Assembly (NCBI GenBank): GCA_964019425.1
Contig: OZ025798.1
Location: forward strand, 930,001-994,000
Direction: 5' to 3'
DNA from: Flectonema sp. DT1601
Lineage: Eukaryota
DNA length: 64,000 bases
In this document: positions 11,094-21,773 of the stretch, in pieces
How the letters are laid out: each line of letters begins with the position of its first letter
How positions within the stretch are numbered: position 1 is the stretch's first letter
The notes under the pieces: model-generated
Seen by the model: only the letters and a program-made list of their open reading frames with translations
Database searches by the model: none
What the model was told of the DNA's origin: nothing
Program-made: the position numbers and the translations under genes

Positions 11094-12769
11094 AAACTCC
11101 GCTAAGTTAAACGTATTCTTTTGGATCTGTTATGCACACGAGAAGTCATGCAAGGAGACTATGATGTCAAACCGAAATCGAATGTAGTCAAAGGTGCGAA
11201 AGCTTGTGACGAATAAAGTCACTCGTTTTTCAGAACACAACTAACCTCATTGTTGACAGTGAGTGAACAATGAGGTTTTTGCTTTTTTTTTTTTTTTTTT
11301 CGTTCTTTTTTTTTGACTCATTTCTTCCCTTTGCTTGCATTTTTAATCAAAATACTTCAGTTTGTTTTTCATAAGTTGGTTTTTATTTTCTAATTTTCTA
11401 ATTTTTTTTTTTTTTTTTTTTTTTAATCTGCGCAAACACTCATTAGTTGCTTACCGTGTTATACTCTTCCTTCAAGTTGTGTTTTTTTTTTTGTACCTAC
11501 AAACCCATCGTTCAGTAAAATTCAGTAGAAAGAGAATTGTGGCAGCGTAACTAACCTATTCCTTTATTAGGAATTTGGAACGGTTGCGCACAAAACAAAA
11601 CAAAAGTGTGAGTAAAAAAAGTAAAAAGTGAAGTTGGCCGATTCTTTTTTTCCCCCAATAAAAGTAATCAATAAGTCTCGAAGGCAAGAGGTGCTCAACT
11701 ACGTGGCCTCCACCAAACAACTTGGCAAATGTTACAGTGCCTCCTGTTTTATGGTGACAGTACTTTTATTGTTTTTATTTTTGTGCAAAGACCTGCAGTA
11801 TTCTTCCCAGATAGATCATTTCGTGTCGTATTTAATCCCCCCAATGAAGGTTGTCGACAGGTCCTTTTTAACAAAATAATGTTGTGAAATTCTATCTTTT
11901 TTTTTTTTTTTTTTAGTTTTTATGTCGACATTGGTTCCTAACTAAAAAAGCTGAATTGCACTTGGGAGCTTAACGGCATCGCTGAACGCAACAATTAAAT
12001 TAGAATTGTGAAGCTTCTTCTTTTCCCTCAACCTCTACCTCCTCTGTTCTTTTTTTTTCTTCTTCTTACACGCAGATAAATAATTATTATTGGCGGTCAG
12101 TTTTATTGTTCGTCTTGCGCTTTAGAGTTGTAATGAGCTACACTTGTTGTAGTTTTCTTTTTCTTGCATACTCGTTGTCATGTTTGTGGGTGTAGCCTTA
12201 GCAGAGAGATTTCTGCTAAATATCCCAACATTCCCTTGACTTTTACTGACTGTGGATTGTGGCTGCTCAGATGTACAGGACTAATAATCATATAAAAAAG
12301 AGGGGAAAAAAAAAAAAAAAAAAAAAAAGAATTGCACACAAAAATCTTACTCATTGCACACTACGTTTCCTTATTTTCTTCTTGCTGCTGCATCTGACCT
12401 GTTTGAATGTCGCACTTACTAGCTGAGTCCTTTTTCTTTGTTTTCTTTTCCTATCATTAAAATATTCATTTCTCTTTTTTTATCAAATTCCCGCCATTTT
12501 CTTTCTTTTTTATTCTGATTTTACGATATTTTTATTTATATAGATAGCCTTGCTTTGTAGATGCTGTAGTAGTAAGCAAAGTAATAAAGTGCGAATTTTA
12601 GTGGCCATAGGTGAGTTGGCTACTTGCAATAAGCGAATTAACATGCTATTCACCATCTCGGGTAGGGCAGTCTGATTAACTTTTTTTTTTAAAATAATTG
12701 ATCCCAGCCTTTGCAGGGGGGGAGGTAGCAGTTTTCCCCTGGTGGCTATTTCTGCGAAACCTATATTTC

Positions 12770-12809
<40 letters not shown>

Positions 12810-14026
12810 TTCGTTCTTTATAATACGATAATATCAACAAAAAAAAAAAAAAAAAACTTTTAAAAAAAAAAAAAAATAAAATAAGATAAGATTTCTTTTT
12901 TCGAACGAAGGTTTTAAGGAAAAAAAAAAAAAAAAAAAAGAAGTAATAATGCCAACTGTAGGCAACTGTGAGTAGCCTTTTTTTTTTTTCTTTTTTTCCT
13001 TTCTCGCGTCAATTTTGCGAATATTACTAAGTAAATAGCTTTCCCCACTAGATACTGCCAAGGGTCACGTGTATTAATAGAAAGGATTTTAATGTCACTG
13101 CGTACAATTGTCATGGGCATCCTAACAAATACAATACCCTATTTTTCAGTCATCTTTTTCACTCACTTTTATTTCCCCGAATATCCTGTCTGGTTTTTAT
13201 TATCAATACGTCATTACCTGGTGGTGGTTTCTTTTTTTTTTTTCTTTTTTTCCTTCATTCTGATTGTTCCCTTTTCGTAATTGACTCTTTTTTGAATTCT
13301 TTGATGAGGCCTTCACTGTTTCTATGGTCTGGGCATGCAGTTGTCGTGTTGCAATGATCGATTTTATTTTTCTGTTGCCGAGAGCAGAACCCTGGACATC
13401 TGTTTAGATATGGACTGGGTAAAGGATCCTCCCTCCCCCCTTTCTTTTCTGTATGATCCTCTTTTGTCTTTGGTTTCTTATTACAATACTTGAGTTTGCT
13501 ATTTTTTTTCCCCTTATTTTTTTTTTTTTTTTATATCACTGTTTCTTCCCGTTTCCTTTTCCTAATCCCCCCCGCTTTCGTTGCTATATTTAAACTGCCG
13601 CTGTCTTACCTAAGGTGTGTGCAAGTGGTAGCACATAGTGTTATCACACTTACCGAATCATAAAGAATGAACCCATACCAGATGGCTTGCCATTGGACGA
13701 GCTCGCCATCAGTTTTCTATATAATACTAATCTCGGAGTATTTATCTTTTTTTAAAAACTAGTGCCGCTAGAGTTCAGATTGTGTGTAAGTGGCGGTTTT
13801 ATCTGCCAACAATAATTTGGTATTGAGTGGAGTTTCCTTTGGTTGGTAGAATGTTATAACGTAACGTCAAAGTATTCAACGGGCAATAGAGAGGTGCGTA
13901 ATACGAAAATTACATAAGCACTCTGTGTTAATTTTAATGCCAACACGTCGTCGTGTTGTTATCACTCAAAAAAAAAAAAAAAATAATAACAATAATAATA
14001 ATAATAAGGAAAAAATCAAAAATTGG

Positions 14027-14058
<32 letters not shown>

Positions 14059-15338
14059 AGAATAAAATAAAATGTAACACGGAATACGGGTGATGAACTC
14101 CAGCAACCCTCCCGAATGCTTTATTCAAAGCAAACCTCAGAAAATGAAAATAAAAGTAGCTTCGAATAACATCACAGAATTTCAGAATTACTAATTACTG
14201 ATGTATGAAAAAAAAAAAACAAATTGCACGCTACACCACGTGTGCGAATAAAGTTCTACTTGAGTTAGTCTTCTCTTCTCTCCTTTATTTCCCGACGTGT
14301 CTCTCTATGCTGTTACACGTGGCAGAATTGGTGAGAAACATAAATAGATATATAAATAAAGAACCTATGATAATGCATGAAGTGACAAACGATGTTGCAT
14401 TCTTTTTTCGTCAAAGAGTGTGAGCGGTAGTTGAACCCAATTCCCTTCCTCGGTTTAGTCGATTCGATACTTCTTTTAGTTTTTTTCTTACCCAAGTCAT
14501 CAATTTGCAAATTCACGACACTGACGCCACAGTGGATAAATGGTTCTTCATGGTTTGCTCCACTTTAAAAGATGCAAACTAAGCTATAAGAAAGCCTTAC
14601 CACCGTTCTTTTCACAGTATGCTCACGGTTTTATTTGGATAGCTTTTTTTTTAAAGTTTTTCAAAAAATTGATTTCACTTTAGTTTGAAAAAAAAAAAAG
14701 TAACTGTATATAGCTTAACCCTTGGCTTCTCATTGTCTGATTGAATTGGTGTGGTAACTGATATTTTCCTATTTTTATTTAGTTATTTTGTTGATTCGCA
14801 ACCGCAGCAGGAATCTGGGTTAAATTGACCTATTTAGTCAAAAAAAAAAAAAAAAAAAATAAAAAAGGCATTCTGTTTAATTTGCTTATTTCTATTGCGG
14901 TTACTGAAGTACTAATATTCTATCACCGTACCCCATTCCCGAGAGTTTAGGCTCGTTACAGCCTTCAAGTGGGAAGGATAATTGTTTTGTGTTTACAGTT
15001 TTTTCTAAGAAACAACACATAGCAACTTGTCTAGACGAAATTTTGCATGTTTTTTTTATTCTCTGTTCTTGTCACAGGAATACTTATATCAGCGATGCAT
15101 AGTATCTATCTATGAAGAAATGATTTTTTTAATTTTGCCCGAAACCAAATCATTATTCGTTTGTTGTCCTACGATTTTTTTTTTTTTTTTTTTGATTTGA
15201 TTTCTGATTAATCTAAATAATGTTAGTACTGCCTTAGTGGTGGGGGAGGTATTTTTTATATTGAATTTTTTTTTTTTCATTTTTATGAAACTTTTTTATT
15301 TTTCAACAGTAAACCCACCCGCACCCTTCGGGGGTATT

Positions 15339-16610
15339 ATGGCTGGGGAATGGAAACTACTTGCCGCATCTGATGACACCCCTGACGTCCGTCGAGGAGG
15401 AGCAAAATGGTGGGAAGAGCTATTAAGTCCAAAGAGAGAGAGAAGAGAAGCATCTCCTGCTTTTAGTATTTCAACGACGCACACAATAGCAGCGTCAAAT
15501 CGAAATTATTCTCCTATTCCTAAGCTACCTGAAGACTTAGCTGGTATTCACGCAGCTCCAGTACCGACATCCCCAAAGATAATAGAACGAGTCGTCCACG
15601 TTGACAGAATTGTTGAAGTACCGGTGGAGAAAATAGTGGAAGTCATCAGAGAGGTACCCGTCGATCGAATTGTACAAAAAATTGTTGAGGTACCTGTTGA
15701 GAAAATTATCGAAAAAATAGTCGAAGTGGAGAAAATTGTTGAAAAAATTGTCGAAGTCCCTGTAGAAAAGATTGTTGAGGTGACGGTGGAAAAGATAGTT
15801 GAAAAGATTGTCGAAGTGCCTGTAGAAAAGATTATTGAAAAGATTGTTGAGGTGCCGGTGGAAAGAATTGTTGAAAAACGAATTGAAGTCGAGGTTCCGG
15901 TGGAAAAAATAATCGAAGTCGAAGTAGAGAAAATAGTTGAAAAAATAGTTGAAAAGATTGTTGAAGTTCCTGTTGAAAAAATTATAGAAATCGAAGTAGA
16001 GAAAATAATTGAAAAAGAAATCATCAGAGAGAAGATAATCGAAGTACCTATTGAAAGAATAATCGAAAAGGAAGTTGAAAAGATAATAGAAATCGAGAAG
16101 AAACCACCTCCAGCAAAACAACGAAAACCAAGCGCAGCCCAAGTAATCCCTCAAATAGAAGATACGGTTGCTGACGAGTACATGATGTCTCCTAGTAGAG
16201 TTCAGTCTAGACCAGCATTCGGTTTATGGAAATACGGAAGCAGGTATTTTGATATTAATAACAAGGATCAATGGAGAGAACACGTTGGAGGTATAACCTG
16301 GTTAAAAGGAACTCTTCAGAAATGGACCACAGCAATGCCTTCAGTAAATCAACAATCTTCTGATTGGTACGCTACACTGTCAGATGGAAGTCATCTATGG
16401 TTGTCGTGGAGTAACAATTCTCTTTCAACTACTTGTCTTCGAAGAGCGTCGTCTGCTCCGTTCTTTTCTACTGCAATCCTCGCCACCATCTCTGAACTGG
16501 TTGATTACGAATCACACATCCGATCAACAATTATTTCAACTCAAAATAGCTATCGTGACAAGTTAGAATCAATTATTACTCGCCATGAACTTTCTTTACT
16601 AATGAGATAA
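15339..16610 (+). CDS. VPV-repeat (VEVPVEKIV) protein, articulin/epiplastin/alveolin-like, ~423 aa
   Basis: Likely start ATG 15339, after a T-rich tract plus AG (15308-15309). Central ~170-aa block (~15574-16097) composed almost only of V, I, E, K, P and R. Confidence 0.8.
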   Translation: MAGEWKLLAASDDTPDVRRGGAKWWEELLSPKRERREASPAFSISTTHTIAASNRNYSPIPKLPEDLAGIHAAPVPTSPKIIERVVHVDRIVEVPVEKIVEVIREVPVDRIVQKIVEVPVEKIIEKIVEVEKIVEKIVEVPVEKIVEVTVEKIVEKIVEVPVEKIIEKIVEVPVERIVEKRIEVEVPVEKIIEVEVEKIVEKIVEKIVEVPVEKIIEIEVEKIIEKEIIREKIIEVPIERIIEKEVEKIIEIEKKPPPAKQRKPSAAQVIPQIEDTVADEYMMSPSRVQSRPAFGLWKYGSRYFDINNKDQWREHVGGITWLKGTLQKWTTAMPSVNQQSSDWYATLSDGSHLWLSWSNNSLSTTCLRRASSAPFFSTAILATISELVDYESHIRSTIISTQNSYRDKLESIITRHELSLLMR

Positions 16611-16949
16611 ACTTATTCTCCTAGATAGTATGTCTCGAGAAGTAAGGGTTTTTTTTTTTATTCTCGCTTTCCCCTAAAACCTACACCTCTCAACAAGAGA
16701 GGTTGGTTGATTTCTACTTTAGTAATAATTTTTGGTTGTTTCTTTCGTGTAGCTGTAATTGCTATCTATACTATTCTTCTAGATCACTGTAGATTCGTAT
16801 TTAGTTTTTTTTTTCTTTTTTTTTCTTTCTTATTTATATGTTTGATTATTAAAACTTTTTTAATATATAATTCAAAAGCAAGTCGTTTAATATTACTTAA
16901 TCAGCTAACGGGGGAAGGGGGGGAGGGCCCAAAAAAAAAATAAAAAAAG

Positions 16950-17653
16950 ATGGGTAAAATGAAAAAAGGTTTCAGGATAGATCGTATTAACGCGAGGAAA
17001 AATCCACAATTGGTATGTATTAATATAGTTTTGTGTTAGCTTACATCATTTTTTTTTTTTTTTTTTTTTTTTTCAAATTCCACAAAACACAGCTCCGTAA
17101 AGGTAAGAGAGGTCAAGACGCCAGAGCTGAGCTAGCCAGCACTGGCAGTGGTAGTACGGTCGTAAGACCAAAAGTTATTAAATTAGACTCCGCAGGGATG
17201 AAAGACTTCATTACTGGATTTCACCAACGTAAAAACCAACGTAGAATATTCGCTATTAAGAAAGCCAAAGATGAACACAGAAAGACAGTTAACGCGGAGA
17301 GAAGACAAAGAAGAGAAGAACGGAGACAAACTTACAATAATATGACCCAGTTTCCAATTACTGAAGATTATAAATTAGCGATTCCAGGGAAGGACAGTGA
17401 TAACGAATCTGACGATAATGATGTTGATATGGAAGAAGAAGGACAAGTAGAGACAACCACCTACAATGGTACCCAAAACGACACCGTAGTAGATGTTGAG
17501 GTAGAAGGTCTTGACCTGGGTACTAATAGTCATACTGTTCGCGCTCGTGCTCCTTCCAGCGAAGACTCGAGTGAGGATGAAGCAGAAAAATCCACTGCCT
17601 TCCCATCTGCCGCACCAACCGGTCGTTACCGATTGGTTCGTAAGAGAAAATAG
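16950..17653 (+). CDS. RRP17: Rrp17/Nop25/NOL12 family nucleolar protein, 2 exons, ~207 aa
   Basis: Exons 16950-17012 and 17093-17653. Family motif IKLD....DFITGFHQRKNQRR, then a basic coiled coil and an acidic tail. Confidence 0.85.
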
Positions 17654-18026
17654 TACTATCTTAGTATCTTGTTGTGCAAAAAAAAAAAAAAAAAAAAAAA
17701 ATTTAAAAACTAAAGACCTGTCAATCAGGTTGTCAGTTAGTATAATCTGTTACAAAAGAATATAGGAAAGCGAAACAAAAAAAAAAAAAGTTTTAAAAAA
17801 ACAAAAAGAAGAAGGAGAAGAAGAAGTGAAATATAAAAACCACAATCATCATCACACTACCACGTGTGAGCTCACCCCATCATTTATTTCGCTATCCCGT
17901 GATTAGTATTACGTTGAAGTTTAAGTTTCTGTTTTTTTTGGTACGACGTTGAAGTTAATTATAACTTTACTCAGGAACCTGTAAAACAAAAAAAAAAAAA
18001 AAAAAAGCAAACCCGAAGAAAATAAA

Positions 18027-20774
18027 ATGGGAGCCAACGAGAGTGTAATCAAAAACCAGGACAAGAGAACTTCAAGAAGAGAAAATGCTCCGATATTTAT
18101 GGAAAGTATTTCTAGATTTCAATCTGAGTACGGTCATGCTGAACGAACATACTGCTCAGCAACAGCGAATACGATGAGACGAGGTATTAGTGTACACGTT
18201 CGAAAACGACCCATATTTCCTCATGAATCGGGGAAAGGTGAATTCGACGTGATAAGTGTTCCGCCCCCCGACGGGAGTAATGGCAATGCGCATGTCGTAG
18301 TTCACGATGCTAGAATGGAAGCAGACATGATAAAGATGTACATGCATCACCATGCCTTTAGATTCGACTCTGTCTTTCACGAGAAGTGCAGCAACGATGA
18401 TGTCTATCACTCAACTGCAAAACCACTCGTCGAATCAGCAGCAAATGGACAACAAAACACTATAATGATGTATGGCCAAACGGGTTCGGGTAAAACTTAC
18501 ACGATGACTGCAATGCAAGAGTTAGCATTCCCAGACTTATTTAGAGCATTGAAAAGAGAATCTAAAGTTACGATGTCTTTTGTAGAATTAGCAGGTGATA
18601 AATGTTGTGATATGTTGAACAGTGGACAACCAACAAACATGACTTCAGGAGCTGACGGTTCTATGTATCCATATCCATGTGTTGAGGTTGAGGTTACAAC
18701 ACCGAATGAACTGTTTGCGATTGTCCAGCATGCGAATTCACTGCGGGCAACAGCAGCAACAGGAGTTCATGACCAATCCTCTAGATCACATGCGATATGT
18801 AGAATTTACGTTAATCAACCTGGTGAGAAAGAAGGTCAGTTAACACTCGTAGACTTAGCTGGTTCCGAACATCGAATTGACAGCGATGAACATAATTCTG
18901 AAAGACGAAAGGAAGGAGCGATGATCAACTCCTCGTTAGCCGCATTGAAAGATTGTATTAGAGCTCAGGCAGCTGGTAAAACTTTTATTAGTTACCGTAA
19001 TAATAGACTTACTCAACTACTACGTGGATGCTTCGATAGTCAAAATCACAAAACGATGATAATCGCAACCATATCTCCATCTTCAAAGGACACTGAGCAT
19101 TCTCTCAACACCCTTCGTCATGCATCAATTATGGATGGACAAGGAACTGGACAGGCTGCTGGTTCATCTCATTTAATTGGAGGAACGACTACTAAAGAAC
19201 CTCTAGGTTCAATTGATGTTTCTGCTTTGGGAAGAGCAAAATTCCAAGAGCGTAAAGCACTAAAAGCAAAAGGCCAATCTGCTCAGCCACAAGGACCTGT
19301 TGCCAAGCCACCACCCGCACATCAAAGTAAGCAAAGTAATCTCTTAGCTAGAGCAACACTTGATAAGAGAGGAATTGCACGTCTCCCTCCAGGACTTGCA
19401 GGAGAACTACTACGAGCAAGAGATCCAAACGAATTACGTGATAATCCTTTACAGAGATTAAGAATATTACATGGAAAGGATGCAACGGCAAGGGACACAG
19501 CACCAGTTGTACAATTCCCGCAGGGGAAAAAAAGACATCCGGCGGCACCAAAGAAAAAACCTGTCGGAAAGCCAACTAAGCCCAGGCAAGAATTTGACAC
19601 CAGTTTTGACACTCCGGAAACAGCAACAACAACAGCGTACGACGCGAGTGATTACGTAGCAGAAAACCATCAAAGAGCAAAACCAATATTTTCACCTCCA
19701 ACAATAAAAGCAACACAGCCAGTGAGGGAAATCGAATCAACTGTTCCACCACCAATGATACCAAACCCTCACAACAACAATCAGGCAAACCAACGCGAAG
19801 AAGCCTACCGACTTTGGAACGAGTTGAAGGCGAATGGCCGACACAGTCGTGACTGGCGTAAGAACGACCTTCGTTTAATAAATACTCATGTCTTACCTAA
19901 TTTACCTTCGGAATTCAGGCCTGCTCAGGGAGTTCCTTGGGGATCTCCTGAAGCAGCTCTTGATGATCTGTGTAGTATTTGCTACAGAATGGAATGTAGA
20001 AAAGTTCCAAAGACACCACCAAGAGAACCACTCAATCCATACGACCAGATGAACAGCAGCGGTGATCTCAACCAATCGATTGAAGATGATATCCTCGCTT
20101 CCTCTGCTAAGCAGTGGAAGTTAGACGCTGCGCGTATCAAAAGAGAACGCATTCAGCAAGAGAGACAAACCCATTTTGAAAGCAAAATAAAACCAGCTTC
20201 TGGTTCCAGTAACGATGCACTTCAGCAAGAAATTAGTGTCCTGGAAGAAAGACTTCAAAGAGGAGGATCAAGTATTACAATGTACGGATTAAAGAGACAA
20301 ATTGAATTAAAGAAAGCTGCTATACTTAGAAATCAACGAGTGACAGAAAGGCCAGCTCCAGCACCGACACCGACACCTGCACCTGCACCGGTACAAGCAC
20401 CAGCACCGATTCCAGCACCAGCACCGATTCCAGCACCGGCACCGCCGCAGATGCAAGCGATTCCATCACCAAATGAAATAGTTGCTTTATCACCTCCAGC
20501 TGATGATGTAGAGCCTTTGGGAGGACCAATAGTTGAGAGAAAACTACGTGGTAAGAGACGTATCACACCTGGTTCTGTTATGTTGGAACAGAATACAAGT
20601 GCGCCAACTCTTCCTACTCTAGATGCTGATGACACTGATTTCGGACTTGCTTCAACTTACACTCAACACACTTCTGCAAAATATGGCCGTCGTACTACAG
20701 CTGCACGTGCTTCAATTGGTGCAGCTGCTGCTCCGTGGGGGAACTATTACTCTGAGCGTGAGGGTAGTTTATAG
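18027..20774 (+). CDS. Kinesin motor protein, kinesin-13-like, N-terminal motor with Pro-rich tail, 915 aa
   Basis: ISVHVRKRP, P-loop YGQTGSGKT, SSRSHAI, LVDLAGSE, GAMINSSLAALKDCIRA, MIATISPS...EHSLNTLRHA. Confidence 0.92.
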   Translation: MGANESVIKNQDKRTSRRENAPIFMESISRFQSEYGHAERTYCSATANTMRRGISVHVRKRPIFPHESGKGEFDVISVPPPDGSNGNAHVVVHDARMEADMIKMYMHHHAFRFDSVFHEKCSNDDVYHSTAKPLVESAANGQQNTIMMYGQTGSGKTYTMTAMQELAFPDLFRALKRESKVTMSFVELAGDKCCDMLNSGQPTNMTSGADGSMYPYPCVEVEVTTPNELFAIVQHANSLRATAATGVHDQSSRSHAICRIYVNQPGEKEGQLTLVDLAGSEHRIDSDEHNSERRKEGAMINSSLAALKDCIRAQAAGKTFISYRNNRLTQLLRGCFDSQNHKTMIIATISPSSKDTEHSLNTLRHASIMDGQGTGQAAGSSHLIGGTTTKEPLGSIDVSALGRAKFQERKALKAKGQSAQPQGPVAKPPPAHQSKQSNLLARATLDKRGIARLPPGLAGELLRARDPNELRDNPLQRLRILHGKDATARDTAPVVQFPQGKKRHPAAPKKKPVGKPTKPRQEFDTSFDTPETATTTAYDASDYVAENHQRAKPIFSPPTIKATQPVREIESTVPPPMIPNPHNNNQANQREEAYRLWNELKANGRHSRDWRKNDLRLINTHVLPNLPSEFRPAQGVPWGSPEAALDDLCSICYRMECRKVPKTPPREPLNPYDQMNSSGDLNQSIEDDILASSAKQWKLDAARIKRERIQQERQTHFESKIKPASGSSNDALQQEISVLEERLQRGGSSITMYGLKRQIELKKAAILRNQRVTERPAPAPTPTPAPAPVQAPAPIPAPAPIPAPAPPQMQAIPSPNEIVALSPPADDVEPLGGPIVERKLRGKRRITPGSVMLEQNTSAPTLPTLDADDTDFGLASTYTQHTSAKYGRRTTAARASIGAAAAPWGNYYSEREGSL

Positions 20775-20783
20775 TCCTCTTAA

Positions 20784-20821
<38 letters not shown>

Positions 20822-21773
20822 TCAAACTGTCACTCCACTGTTGAGAAACATTTATTATTTTACTTGCGGTTATTAATCTCTCTCCTTATATTCCCAACCC
20901 CTAGACATAATCCTCAGTAGAATGAGGAGATTTCTTTTTATTAAAATAATACATTAGAACAGAGACATGGCAGACTTAAATAATAGAAGTGTCTTCCACC
21001 TTATTTTCCCTCCAATTCCCACAAACCTAGATAATCTTTTTTTTAAAAAGGCTTGTTATATTTTTTTTTAGTGGTAGTGAGTGTTTTAAGATTGTTTTCA
21101 CACAAAAAAAAAAAGAGAGCAGCTGAATGCTAATAAATGTGACGTATCGATACTAATATTGATTATGTCCCCTAGCCTAACCCCGCACACCTGTTGGAAT
21201 GGTGTGAGTCTATTTTTTTCTTCTTTTCTTTTTATAATTCTTTTTTGATTTATTGATCTAAGTGACTCATCTATCGAAAAAAAAAAAAGAAAAAGAGGGG
21301 GGGAAAAAAAAAGAAATAATAAAATGCACGCCTTCAGCTTAGTGAAACTAGTCTCTTGTTTCCATTTTAAAAAAAAAAACACTATTTTTTTTTGTTTTTA
21401 TGTAATAGCCTTTTTTTTATTTCTTTTTTCCCCTTATAAATGACTCTGAAAGGAATCAGCTGCGTAGTCTACGTGCATAGTTGTTCGATTATTCGTCGCA
21501 GTCGACTCCCCACCGTCGCTTTGCTTTTCTTGTTATTTAAATTTCACCCCCTTCGGAGGCCTGTTAATGATTCATGTCTAATTTGTTGCGTGTTAACCTT
21601 GATTTATTTATCCAAGTCCCCCCTCGGAGGCCTGTTAAATTCACAATCCCTTCCTTTCCAACCCCAAGGTTTTCCCACTCGTACTTCCCTGGGTTCTATT
21701 CGTTTTTTATGATTGTTTATTTTGAGTGAAAAAATAGCATCTTGAATACCATTTTTTCAGTACTTACCACAAT

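Noticed and set aside
12198..12219. Short perfect hairpins (ttagcaga/tctgctaa; others near 13681, 36503, 52145)
   Set aside because: Stems of 6-8 bp are expected by chance in 64 kb; no shared motif or consistent position.
11362..14516. Short Phe- or Lys-rich ORFs, also at 21098-21382, 34261-35723 and 38248-39077
   Set aside because: Products of poly-T and poly-A tracts; no coding-like composition.
15537..16154. Minus-strand 205-aa and 158-aa repetitive ORFs
   Set aside because: Antisense shadows of the VPV repeat.
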